Source of the DNA: Acidobacteriota bacterium
GTDB taxonomy: Bacteria > Acidobacteriota > UBA6911
Length of the DNA stretch: 64,000 bases
Direction of reading: 5' to 3'
NCBI GenBank assembly: GCA_003225335.1
Contig: QHZE01000451.1
Span: forward strand, 2,612-66,611
Notes under the pieces: model-generated
The model's database searches: none
What the model was told of the DNA's origin: nothing
The model's input: the letters and a program-made list of their open reading frames with translations, nothing else
Position numbers and translations under genes: made by a program
In this document: positions 39,670 through 48,366 of the stretch, one piece after another
Numbering within the stretch: position 1 is the stretch's first letter
Layout: every line of letters begins with the position of its first letter

Positions 39670-40698
39670 ATGGCGCTTCTTTCCGTGCAGCTTCGAAATC
39701 GCCTGGGCCTCCTCAAGAGCTACGTGCTCCGCCAGTCTCACGTCCCTGGAGGGCCGCTGACGCTGGCGATTGAGAGCACTGCCAAGTGCAATCTTTTCTG
39801 CCCTATGTGCCCGCGTGAAAGCATTTATTTTCCTCCCAAAGACATGGAGTTGCCGGTTTTCAAGAAGATCATTGACGACGGGAAAGCCTTTCTCGAATTC
39901 GCGGTGCCCTATGGAGTCGGAGAGCCCCTGCTCAATCCTGAAATCTACGACATGATTGCTTACTGCAAGCAGGTGGGGGTGCCTAGCGGAATCTCCACAA
40001 ACGCGACGGTACTTACCGAAGAGGCCGGCCGTAAGCTCATCAAAGCCGGACTGGATTACATCATCCTGGCCTTTGACGGGGCGACGAAAGCGACCTACGA
40101 GAAATACCGGAAGGGAGCGGATTTCGAAAAAGTCCGCGCCAACATTCTGACCTTCCTGCGGGTGAAGAAGGAATTGCGATCGAAGATCTTCTGCATCCTG
40201 CAAATGGTCCGGCTCAATGAAAACCGCGCGGAGATCCCGGACCTGATCCGGATGTGGAGGGTGGAGGGGATCGACGAGATCCGGATAAAAAAGGACGAAG
40301 TCCACAACGAGGGAAGCGCGATCCCGGGCGATAGCGAAGAGCGGCCCCCGATGAAGCACCCGTGTTACCTGCTTTGGCGTGGTCCGATGTACATCCACTA
40401 CGACGGAACAGTGTTCCCTTGCTGCTACATCTATCCGGAAGAACCCATCGGCAATGTCAGAAAGAGCACGCTCCAGGAGATATGGAACTCGGACAAGATG
40501 GTCCAGTTGCGCGAGGCTCACATCCGGGGAGATCTGAGAGGCTACAAGGCATGCCAGAACTGCCCGGCAGCAAGGCCGAAGCTCCCGGTGACCCTGGGGA
40601 GCTTTCTGATAAACACCCACACAGTCAGGAAAACGATTCCATTTTTTGAGAGGCTTGCGCAGCTGCGCAATATTTCGGTTTTTGAGACGCTGAAATAG
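39670..40698 (+). CDS. radical SAM enzyme with C-terminal SPASM/twitch-like Cys-rich domain
   Basis: The start abuts the nuoD stop (TAAATG). CNLFCPMC (CX3CX2C) at about residue 40. C-terminal Cys cluster ..HPCYLL..FPCCYIY..KACQNCP. Confidence 0.8.
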   Translation: MALLSVQLRNRLGLLKSYVLRQSHVPGGPLTLAIESTAKCNLFCPMCPRESIYFPPKDMELPVFKKIIDDGKAFLEFAVPYGVGEPLLNPEIYDMIAYCKQVGVPSGISTNATVLTEEAGRKLIKAGLDYIILAFDGATKATYEKYRKGADFEKVRANILTFLRVKKELRSKIFCILQMVRLNENRAEIPDLIRMWRVEGIDEIRIKKDEVHNEGSAIPGDSEERPPMKHPCYLLWRGPMYIHYDGTVFPCCYIYPEEPIGNVRKSTLQEIWNSDKMVQLREAHIRGDLRGYKACQNCPAARPKLPVTLGSFLINTHTVRKTIPFFERLAQLRNISVFETLK

Positions 40699-40837
40699 CT
40701 AACGCCTGTCCGTAACTCGTCAGCAGCTGTGAAAAAACCGAAGGGATCCTGCGTGGCCACCGATTTTTCATATGTTCTGAGACATTGTATTACTGTGATT
40801 CAGACAGGGACCCTGGATCGGCAAGCCGTCCTGCTTC

Positions 40838-41040
40838 ATCACGGAGCACACGGAGAGGCACGGAGAACGTGATGCCTCTGTGAAATCTCCGTGCACTCCT
40901 TGGTCGTGAGAAAAAATGTATCGCCGGCTTCCAGCCGGCAAAGGTCGTGTTGACCCAAAAGGAGTTGTCGAGGCTCAGATGCCGGCGAGACGCCGGCGCT
41001 ACGATTTTTTCTCACGACCCTTGTCTCCGTGGTGAATAAA
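40838..41040. repeat. nested palindromic element: family C arms flanking a 118 bp hairpin-rich core (40902-41019) closed by a 16 bp stem GGTCGTGAGAAAAAAT/ATTTTTTCTCACGACC
   Basis: Internal hairpins CGCCGGCTTCCAGCCGGCAAAG and GCCGGCGAGACGCCGGCG. It lies downstream of the radical SAM gene. Confidence 0.7.
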
Positions 41041-41219
41041 GCGCTTGAATTCTTCTCGAGCTTGGCTTCTCGCGACTCGTCGGCCTCGTGATGCCTTCAA
41101 AATGTCGCTCCACTCGTCATTCGTCAATCGAAATGTCCCACCCCTGACTGAAGACCATTGCATTACGCGGCTCTGTCCCCAAAAACGCGGTATAATGCAA
41201 ACCCTATGGGAACTGGATC

Positions 41220-41621
41220 ATGAGCGACGGTGCGCAGAAGATCTACAGTTTGACCGAGGCCAATGAGTTGGTCCCTCTGATAGCCGACATCACTGCGGAC
41301 GTTGTCCGGCAGCTGGACGGGATTCGCCAGCGTTACAAGACCGGCGCGGAGGAAGGGGAGCCGGCCGTGCCCGAGTGGGTGCTGAAGGAGATTGAAGACG
41401 CATTGCGCGACTGGTCCAACAGGGTGCTCGAACTGGGCGCGGTTCCCAAAGGCTACTTTACCGTCGATTTTCAGTCAGTGGATCCGGAGCTGCTTTATTG
41501 CTGGACCTACGGGGAAGATAAGATCGCGTACACCCATAAGGTCTGGGAGAACTTCAGCCATCGGAAGCCTATTGCTTCCAGCGCAGAGGCGCCCACAGAT
41601 CACCTGCGATGGATCAACTGA
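41220..41621 (+). CDS. hypothetical protein
   Basis: 133 aa acidic protein with TATAAT 25 nt upstream. No motif recognised. Confidence 0.4.
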   Translation: MSDGAQKIYSLTEANELVPLIADITADVVRQLDGIRQRYKTGAEEGEPAVPEWVLKEIEDALRDWSNRVLELGAVPKGYFTVDFQSVDPELLYCWTYGEDKIAYTHKVWENFSHRKPIASSAEAPTDHLRWIN

Positions 41622-41698
41622 CAGATGTTTCGTGACGCTCCCAGCCTTCGAGTCTTAGGGGTGAACGGCTAAGTCTCAAAGACTCGAATCGGACCTCC

Positions 41699-42448
41699 AT
41701 GGTTACGCTTAAATCCAAACGCGAGCTGGAAATCATGCGGGATGCCAGCAGGATCGTGGGAGAGATTCTGCAGGAGCTGCGTCCACTGGTTCAGCCCGGG
41801 ATAACAACCCGCGAGTTGGATCGAATTGCAGAAGAGAAGACCCTCAAGCGCGGCGCTGCCCCGGCTTTCAAGGGCTATCGCGGTTTCCCCCGCACGCTTT
41901 GCACTTCCATCAATCATGAAGTGGTCCACGGCATCCCCGGCCATCGGGAACTGAAGGAAGGGGATATCGTGGGCCTCGACTTTGGAGTGATTTACAACGG
42001 TTATTACGGCGATTCGGCCATTACCGTGCCGGTCGGTGAAATCTCTCAGGACCTGAAACAGTTGCTGCGCGTAGCCGAAGAGTGTCTGTATCTCGGAATA
42101 GACCAGATGGTCCCGGGAAATCACCTGTCGGATATTTCGCGAGCAATCCAGACGCATGCGGAGTCCCATGGGTACTCTCTGGTCAAGGAGTTCGGCGGCC
42201 ATGGCATTGGCAGACGCCTTCATGAAGAGCCTATGGTGCTCAACTATGTGGTCAACGGTCGCGGCATCAAGCTCAAGCCGGGGTTGGTCCTGGCGGTCGA
42301 ACCCATGGTCAACCTGGGAGGCGATCAGGTCCGTATCCTGAGCGACCGCTGGACAGTTGTGACTGTGGACGGCAAACCGTCTGCGCACTTCGAGCACACG
42401 ATCGCGATCACCGAGCACGGTCCCCACATCCTTACCAAGGTGGCATGA
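41699..42448 (+). CDS. map: type I methionine aminopeptidase
   Basis: 249 aa. Metal ligands in ..DFGVIYNGYYGDSA.., ..HGIG..LHE.., ..EPMV.. Confidence 0.9.
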   Translation: MVTLKSKRELEIMRDASRIVGEILQELRPLVQPGITTRELDRIAEEKTLKRGAAPAFKGYRGFPRTLCTSINHEVVHGIPGHRELKEGDIVGLDFGVIYNGYYGDSAITVPVGEISQDLKQLLRVAEECLYLGIDQMVPGNHLSDISRAIQTHAESHGYSLVKEFGGHGIGRRLHEEPMVLNYVVNGRGIKLKPGLVLAVEPMVNLGGDQVRILSDRWTVVTVDGKPSAHFEHTIAITEHGPHILTKVA

Positions 42449-42462
42449 ACCACAACCATTAG

Positions 42463-42537
42463 CCTTTGCGCCCTTCGCGTCTTCGCGGTTAATTCGGGCT
42501 CAGTCTCACCGCGAAGACGCCACGGGCGCGAAGGGGT
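42463..42537. repeat. family A-like palindromic element
   Basis: CTTTGCGCCCTTCGCGTCTTCGCGGTTAAT..TCACCGCGAAGACGCCACGGGCGCGAAGGGG. Confidence 0.7.
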
Positions 42538-42624
42538 CGCAAGATGCTCGAATCGGTCCTCCCAGTTTTTCAGAATTCTCGAAAAACTGAATTTTCAAGA
42601 CCTGACCCCAAAAGAGGAGAGGCG

Positions 42625-43581
42625 ATGCCGGGAAGAAAGCTGCGAGAAGAAAGAGAGCTTTTCTATACCTACCTGCGTCAGAACGGGATGAAGAAGACCC
42701 GGCAGAAGGATCTTATTCTGGAAGTGTTCCTTACCACGGAAGGACATCTCAGCGTCGAAGACCTGTACGCCCTGGTCAAGAAGAAGGACAGGAAGGTGGG
42801 AATCGTGACGGTCTTCAGGACCCTAAAAACCCTGACGGGCTGCGGCATTGCCCGGGAGATCGCCCTCGGCGACGGGCTCACGCGATTCGAGCACAGCTAC
42901 CACCATCCGCATCACCATCACATCATCTGCACGCAGTGCCGCAAGGCGATCGAGTTCGTTTCTCCCGAACTGGAGAGAATCCAGGAAGAAATCGTGCGCA
43001 AGTATCACTTTCAGCCGCTGCTCCACCGCTTACAAGTCTACGGCATCTGTGAAGATTGCCTGGAACACCGCCCGGCTCCCGAGCCTCCCCGGCTCGACAC
43101 CGAAAAGATCTTTGCCCGGGACGCGCTGAGGATGGCCATTCTGATGGAGACGCGCGGTCTCGCGTTCTACCGGGATGCCGCGCGCCGGAATCTGGATCCC
43201 GACGGCCGTGAAGTCTTGAAAAGGATTGTGGAGGAGGAAGAGAAGCATCTGGCGGACTTACAGGCTGAGCTGAAGCGGTTTTGCCGAATGGAGAAAGGGC
43301 TGGAAACGGCTCCGGTCTTCCTTCATTTTGACCCATGCGAGTTGGAACGTCTGGTGCCGGACCTCGAGGAATATGAAGTCGACGGAACGCTTCGTCTCGA
43401 CACGCGGCGTTCTCTGGAGATGGCCATGGTTCTGGAACGTCGCGCCGCGGAATTCTTCAAGGATTACTCCGCCAAGTTCCTCGAGACCGAAGGCAAGCGA
43501 ATCTTCGTGCAGTTTGCCGAAGAGGAACAGAGGCACTTCGAATCCATTCGCCGCCGCGCCGAAGAGCCCCTCTCCGTCTAA
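42625..43581 (+). CDS. Fur/PerR-family metalloregulator fused to a C-terminal ferritin-like (rubrerythrin-type di-iron) domain
   Basis: RBS AAAGAGGAGAGG plus ATG 42625. N-terminal Fur fold with HHPHHHHIICTQC and ICEDC. The C-terminal roughly 170 aa carries two E..ExxH di-iron motifs (EEEEKHLADL, EEEQRHFESI). Confidence 0.75.
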   Translation: MPGRKLREERELFYTYLRQNGMKKTRQKDLILEVFLTTEGHLSVEDLYALVKKKDRKVGIVTVFRTLKTLTGCGIAREIALGDGLTRFEHSYHHPHHHHIICTQCRKAIEFVSPELERIQEEIVRKYHFQPLLHRLQVYGICEDCLEHRPAPEPPRLDTEKIFARDALRMAILMETRGLAFYRDAARRNLDPDGREVLKRIVEEEEKHLADLQAELKRFCRMEKGLETAPVFLHFDPCELERLVPDLEEYEVDGTLRLDTRRSLEMAMVLERRAAEFFKDYSAKFLETEGKRIFVQFAEEEQRHFESIRRRAEEPLSV

Positions 43582-43588
43582 CCGACGC

Positions 43589-43765
43589 GCATTCACCGCT
43601 GAGACGCAAAGACGAAGATGATAGTTGCCGGCGCACTCGTTCACGCCAGGTGTTATGCAGATTCCAACAGAATTAATGCCGTAGGGCCGACGGCTAAAGT
43701 TGTTTGCTCTTCGACAGAAAATTCTTTGCGATTCTTTGCGTCTTCGCGTCTTTGTGGTGAAAAGC
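43589..43765. repeat. family A element with long (about 85 nt) spacer between arms
   Basis: The left arm CATTCACCGCTGAGACGCAAAGACGAAGA spans 43589-43620. The right arm TTCTTTGCGATTCTTTGCGTCTTCGCGTCTTTGTGGTGAAAAG spans 43706-43765. Confidence 0.7.
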
Positions 43766-43770
43766 AATCG

Positions 43771-45225
43771 TCAGACCCAGGCGCCTTCCGGCAGCCGCTT
43801 GGGATCCCAGCGTCCGGCTTCGCCGCAGCCGGCGCGCCTTGGCAGGACTTTATCCGGATTGCAGAGTCCCTCAGGATCAAACGCGCGTTTCACCTTCGTC
43901 ATGGCGCGCAAATCCTCTTCTGAGAACTGGCGATCCATGTAGTCCCGCTTGTCCAAACCTATGCCGTGCTCTCCGCTGAGAGTTCCCCCGACCGCGAGGC
44001 AAGCTTCGATAATATCGGCGCAGGCCGCCAGCATGCGCCGGGTTTCATGGGGATCCTTCTCGTCATACAGAAGGATGGGGTGGAGATTCCCGTCTCCTGC
44101 GTGAAAGACGTTAGCGACCCGGATGTTGTGAGATTTTGATATTTCGTACACTCGGGAAAGCACTTCCGGAAGACGGTTGCGGGGGACAACAGTGTCGGAG
44201 AGATACATGTTGGGGCTCAACCGCCCGCAGGCGCCAAAGGCGCCCTTTCTGCCGGCCCAGAGCGCGGCGCGCTCTGCCGGGTCCCGCGCCACGCGGATTT
44301 CCGCGCAACCGTTGGCCTGGCAGAGCGCCCGAATCTGTTCTTCGCGCACCTTCAGGCCTGCGTCCAGGCCGTCCAGCTCGATGAGGAGCACGGCGCCGGC
44401 GTCCCTCGGATAACCTGCGCGGTAGTGGGAGTCCTCCACCGCCTTGATTATGGCCTGATCCATCATTTCGAGCGCGACGGGAACGATGCCTGCGGCTACG
44501 ATGTCCGACACGGTCTCGGTGGCCTGCTGGACGTGCGCGTATGCGGCCAGCAGCGTTCGCGTCGCCGGACTCGTGCGCACCAACCGCAGGCGGATCTCCG
44601 TGGCGATACCGAAAGTCCCCTCACTCCCTACAAAGATACCGCACAGATCGTATCCGGGTGGATCTGCGGCGGCGCCTCCCAATTCCATCACTTCGCCGTC
44701 CCCGAGAACGACGCTCAGCGCTAGAACGTGGTTTACGGTCGTGCCGTACTTGAGGCAGTGAGGCCCGCCGCTGTTTTCTGCGATGTTTCCTCCGATGGTG
44801 CAGGCGATCTGGCTGGAAGGGTCGGGAGCATAAAAGAAACCCGCATCAGCGACCCTGCGGGAAATCTCCATGTTGATCACGCCGGGCTGTACTACCGCCG
44901 CGCGGGCCTCGGCGTCTACTTCGAGGATCCGTTTCATGCGGGACGTTTCTATGATCATTCCACCGCGCGCCGCAGTCGCGCCCCCGCTCAATCCCGTGCC
45001 GGAGCCTCGCGCGGTAAAAGGCATCCGGTAACGCCGGGCGAGCTCGACCAGCCGGGAGACCTGGTGTGTAGTTTCCGGGAAGACCACAAAATCCGGCAGC
45101 GAGCGGTGATGGGTGAGGCCGTCGCATTCGTATGCCAGCAGCTCATCGGGGTCGTGCAAAATATAATTGGACCCGGCAATCTCTTCCAGTTCGCGGAGGA
45201 TCTTCGGCTTCGGCTCGGTCTTCAT
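43771..45225 (-). CDS. FAD-linked oxidase (GlcD / D-lactate dehydrogenase-like)
   Basis: 484 aa. FAD-binding PCMH-type N-domain ..RGSGTGLSGGA.. and a C-terminal oxidase domain. Confidence 0.8.
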   Translation of the reverse strand: MKTEPKPKILRELEEIAGSNYILHDPDELLAYECDGLTHHRSLPDFVVFPETTHQVSRLVELARRYRMPFTARGSGTGLSGGATAARGGMIIETSRMKRILEVDAEARAAVVQPGVINMEISRRVADAGFFYAPDPSSQIACTIGGNIAENSGGPHCLKYGTTVNHVLALSVVLGDGEVMELGGAAADPPGYDLCGIFVGSEGTFGIATEIRLRLVRTSPATRTLLAAYAHVQQATETVSDIVAAGIVPVALEMMDQAIIKAVEDSHYRAGYPRDAGAVLLIELDGLDAGLKVREEQIRALCQANGCAEIRVARDPAERAALWAGRKGAFGACGRLSPNMYLSDTVVPRNRLPEVLSRVYEISKSHNIRVANVFHAGDGNLHPILLYDEKDPHETRRMLAACADIIEACLAVGGTLSGEHGIGLDKRDYMDRQFSEEDLRAMTKVKRAFDPEGLCNPDKVLPRRAGCGEAGRWDPKRLPEGAWV

Positions 45226-45295
45226 AAGCTACAGATTACTCATTCGCACGATCCTTTTTCAACTCCCGCGGCACGGATTGCACAACTGGAAAAGC

Positions 45296-45374
45296 CTTGC
45301 CACGAATTACACGAAAGGGCTGCGTCACCGTGAGTGAGCGAAAGCATTTCGTGTAATTCGTGAAATTCGTGGCA
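45296..45374. repeat. family D palindromic element, full copy
   Basis: TTGCCACGAATTACACGAAAGGGCTGCGTCACCGTGAGTGAGCGAAAGCATTTCGTGTAATTCGTGAAATTCGTGGCAA. Confidence 0.8.
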
Positions 45375-45430
45375 AAGGAAGGTCGGTGTCTGGACTTCAT
45401 CCGGGGATTTGGGTAGAATCCGATTTCCTT

Positions 45431-45922
45431 ATGAGACAGCCGGAGCTCGGACCGCTGGAGCGGTTGTACATTACAGAAGTGGTAAAGGGCCTGGTCCTCA
45501 CCGCAAAGCACTTCTTTGTCAATTTCCCTCGTCACCTTCTGCGCGCTTTCGGCTTCAAGGTGGACAAGGGCGAAACAATCACCTACGAGTATCCGGAGGA
45601 GCGGCGGCCGTACGCGAAAAGGCTTCGAACGCGTCACCGCCTCACGATGCGCGAAGACGGAACGCCCCGTTGCGTGGCCTGCATGATGTGCGAGACGGTC
45701 TGCCCGGCGCGCTGTATTCACATTGTGGCTACAGAGCACCCGGATCCGAACATCGAGAAAATGCCCAAAGTGTTCGACATCGATCTGGGCGTGTGTGTCT
45801 TCTGCGGGTTTTGCGTGGAAGCCTGCCCGGAGGACGCGATCCGTATGGATACGGGCATTGTCGAACTCGCCTCATACACCCGCGAAGGCATGATCTACAG
45901 AATGGATCAGCTCCTGGGCTGA
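45431..45922 (+). CDS. nuoI: NADH-quinone oxidoreductase subunit I (2x[4Fe-4S]); alternative GTG start 45386
   Basis: CVACMMCETVCP and CVFCGFCVEACP ferredoxin motifs. The N-terminus aligns with Nqo9/NuoI from M(RQPELG). Confidence 0.85.
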   Translation: MRQPELGPLERLYITEVVKGLVLTAKHFFVNFPRHLLRAFGFKVDKGETITYEYPEERRPYAKRLRTRHRLTMREDGTPRCVACMMCETVCPARCIHIVATEHPDPNIEKMPKVFDIDLGVCVFCGFCVEACPEDAIRMDTGIVELASYTREGMIYRMDQLLG

Positions 45923-46011
45923 TTTCTTGACAAGCCCACCTGATAGCTTTACAGTAAATTTTCCAATCACTTGCAAACACGAGGACTTCGTCGATCTGAA
46001 GGAGGCGCAAG

Positions 46012-46803
46012 ATGGGAGATATTTCCGCAGCGTTTGAAGCCTTGTTTCGATGGATGCACGTCTTTGCTGGAATTCTATGGATAGGACATCTGTATTTTTT
46101 CAACTTCGTGAACGGCCAGTTCGAAGGAAAACTGGACGGAGGAACCAAGAAGACCGTGATTCCGGAGCTGCGGCCTCGCGCTCTGTTCTGGTTCCGATGG
46201 GGGGCTGCCTGGACCTGGGTCACCGGAGTCCTGCTCCTTGGCATCGTCTACTACATGAACGGCGTGGCGGTGGATACCAACAAAGAGTTTACGGCCGGGA
46301 CCATCGTGATGATCGCGGTTACCTTCCTGGCTGTTTTGCTTTACGATTTCCTGTTCAAGAGCCCCCTGGCGCAGAATATCAAGGTGGCCTCCACCGTGGC
46401 TTACGTCCTGCTCGCCATTGTGGTCGTGCTCTTCGCGACTTTCGGGAACTTCAGCTACCGGGGCACGCTGATTCATACCGGCGCCATGTTCGGAACCATA
46501 ATGGCTTTTAATGTGTGGTTCCGCATATGGCCGGCACAGCAAAAAATCATCAAGGCGATCAAGGAAGGCACCGCTCCCGATGCGAACCTCGTGAAACTCG
46601 CCGGACTCCGATCCCGGCAGAACACGTACCTGTCGCTCCCGCTGCTCTGGGCGATGGTGGGCCAGCACACCACCTACTTCGCCGGCGGGAACCTCGGGAT
46701 CTCAAGCAAGTACTACTGGATCGCCTGGCTGGCGCTCATCCCCGTCAGCTGGCATATCATCTTCCAGTGCTACAAGAAGGCAGGGAAGGTCTCCGGTTTC
46801 TAG
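46012..46803 (+). CDS. polytopic integral membrane protein (possibly a haem/cytochrome-associated membrane domain)
   Basis: 263 aa with at least 6 predicted TM helices and a His-containing first helix (WMHVFAGILWIGHLYFF). It precedes the cytochrome c peroxidase gene. Confidence 0.45.
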   Translation: MGDISAAFEALFRWMHVFAGILWIGHLYFFNFVNGQFEGKLDGGTKKTVIPELRPRALFWFRWGAAWTWVTGVLLLGIVYYMNGVAVDTNKEFTAGTIVMIAVTFLAVLLYDFLFKSPLAQNIKVASTVAYVLLAIVVVLFATFGNFSYRGTLIHTGAMFGTIMAFNVWFRIWPAQQKIIKAIKEGTAPDANLVKLAGLRSRQNTYLSLPLLWAMVGQHTTYFAGGNLGISSKYYWIAWLALIPVSWHIIFQCYKKAGKVSGF

Positions 46804-46821
46804 GCAACGTAACTCATTTAC

Positions 46822-46999
46822 CGCTCATTCACCGCAGAGACGCAGAGAACGCAGAGAAAGATTCGGCAAAATGACCCATGACAAATGAAGGATGAAAGAT
46901 TGCACGCGAGGAAACGAATCTGCGAAGCTGTCGTTGTTCATTTGTCATCGATCATTGTCAAACATTCTCCGCGTACTCCGCGTCTCTGCGGTGAGAACG
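46822..46999. repeat. composite: family A-variant arms (GACGCAGAGA) flanking an ATGACAAATGA-type palindrome
   Basis: The left arm spans 46822-46860 and the right arm 46965-46999. The inner palindrome spans 46868-46960. Confidence 0.75.
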
Positions 47000-47038
47000 G
47001 GAATCGCAACTAATGAAAATCTTAATTTTGGAAAGGCT

Positions 47039-48124
47039 ATGAGAAGCGTCTATTCATTGCGTGGTTTCAACATTCGTCTTGCGCTCTCCATCTTCTTCGT
47101 TTGTGCGCTGGCTCTGACTATTGCCGGTTGTGCCAGGAAGGAGCCGGAACAGCCGAAGGAGGAAGCGCCAAAAGCCCCCGCGCCGTATGTGATGAGTTTC
47201 CCGCTGGGCCTGGCTGCGGAGAGCGTCGTTGTCCCCCCTGATAATCCTATGACGGAGGAGAAGATCAAGCTGGGCAAGAGGCTGTTCTTCGAGAAGAAAC
47301 TCTCGACGGACCAATCCATTTCCTGCGCCTCTTGCCACATTCCCGAGCACGGTTTTTCAGACTCGCGCCAGTTTTCGGCCGGAGTCGGAGGCAAAACGGG
47401 AACCCGCCAGTCTCCCGCCGCCATAAACCGGGTTTTCAGCGCAGCGCAGTTCTGGGATGGCCGCGCGAAATCCCTCGAGGAACAGGCGCTCGGACCGGTT
47501 CAGAACCCGTTGGAAATGGCTATGCCGTCCATGGACGTGGTCGTCGAAAGACTCACGAGCGACCCAAGTTACTCCAGCGACTTCAAGGCGGCCTTTCCTC
47601 CGGACGGAGCCATCACGCCGGGAAACCTGGCCAAGGCGATTGCCAGCTTCGAGAGGACGATTGTGTCAGGGAAGAGCCCCTTCGATCGCTTTACGGCCGG
47701 AGACAAGACTGCGATGAGCGAGGCGGCACAGCGGGGCATGAAAATCTTTCGAGACGAGAAGAAGGGAAACTGCGAAACTTGCCATGCCTCTTTCAACTTC
47801 ACCGACGAAAACTACAATAATATCGGTGTGGGTATGGCGGCCAAGAAGCCCGATCTGGGCCGTTACGAAGTCACCAAGCTGGAAGGGCATCAAGGGGCAT
47901 TCAAAACCCCGACGCTCCGCGAGGTGGCCAACACCGCTCCCTACATGCATGACGGTTCTGAAAAGACCCTCGAAGAGGTCGTCGCCTTCTACAACAAAGG
48001 AGGCTACCGGAACAAGTGGCTTTCCCCGAAGATCAAACCCTTGAAGCTGACCAAGCAGGAGCAGCAGGACCTCGTGGAGTTTTTGAAGGCGCTCTCCGGT
48101 GAGGTGACCTGGTACGGGAAATAA
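47039..48124 (+). CDS. di-haem cytochrome c peroxidase (CCP/MauG family), lipoprotein
   Basis: Start ATG 47039; the ORF track start at 46892 runs through repeats. Lipobox LALTIAGC. Two CxxCH sites (CASCH, CETCH). Confidence 0.85.
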   Translation: MRSVYSLRGFNIRLALSIFFVCALALTIAGCARKEPEQPKEEAPKAPAPYVMSFPLGLAAESVVVPPDNPMTEEKIKLGKRLFFEKKLSTDQSISCASCHIPEHGFSDSRQFSAGVGGKTGTRQSPAAINRVFSAAQFWDGRAKSLEEQALGPVQNPLEMAMPSMDVVVERLTSDPSYSSDFKAAFPPDGAITPGNLAKAIASFERTIVSGKSPFDRFTAGDKTAMSEAAQRGMKIFRDEKKGNCETCHASFNFTDENYNNIGVGMAAKKPDLGRYEVTKLEGHQGAFKTPTLREVANTAPYMHDGSEKTLEEVVAFYNKGGYRNKWLSPKIKPLKLTKQEQQDLVEFLKALSGEVTWYGK

Positions 48125-48139
48125 GAAAGCGGAAGAGAA

Positions 48140-48280
48140 ATGCCATTTGTCATTTTTCATTGGTCATTTGTCATTGATCGTATTTCGATCGCTCCAAGTC
48201 TGGAGTTCAGCCTTCAGGCCGCACTGCGCCTCCGTTAAGCCACCAGCCAGAAATGACAAATGACCGATGACAAATGAGAG
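48140..48280. repeat. composite: TGTCATTTGTCATT arms flanking a family B half-copy (48199-48230)
   Basis: ..TGTCATTTTTCATTGGTCATTTGTCATTGATCG ... AATGACAAATGACCGATGACAAATGAGAG. Confidence 0.7.
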
Positions 48281-48366
48281 AAGACTGACTGAAGGATGGT
48301 CAGTCCCCTTCGGGATCCGCACCACCCGTAAGTTAGCGCGGTTACCTCCGTTGGCTTTCTTGCTGG

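Noticed and set aside
41045-41266. A 73 aa ORF downstream of the radical SAM gene as a possible precursor peptide.
   Set aside because: It overlaps palindromic repeats and the promoter and TATAAT of the next gene. It has no RBS and no Cys/Gly-rich core.
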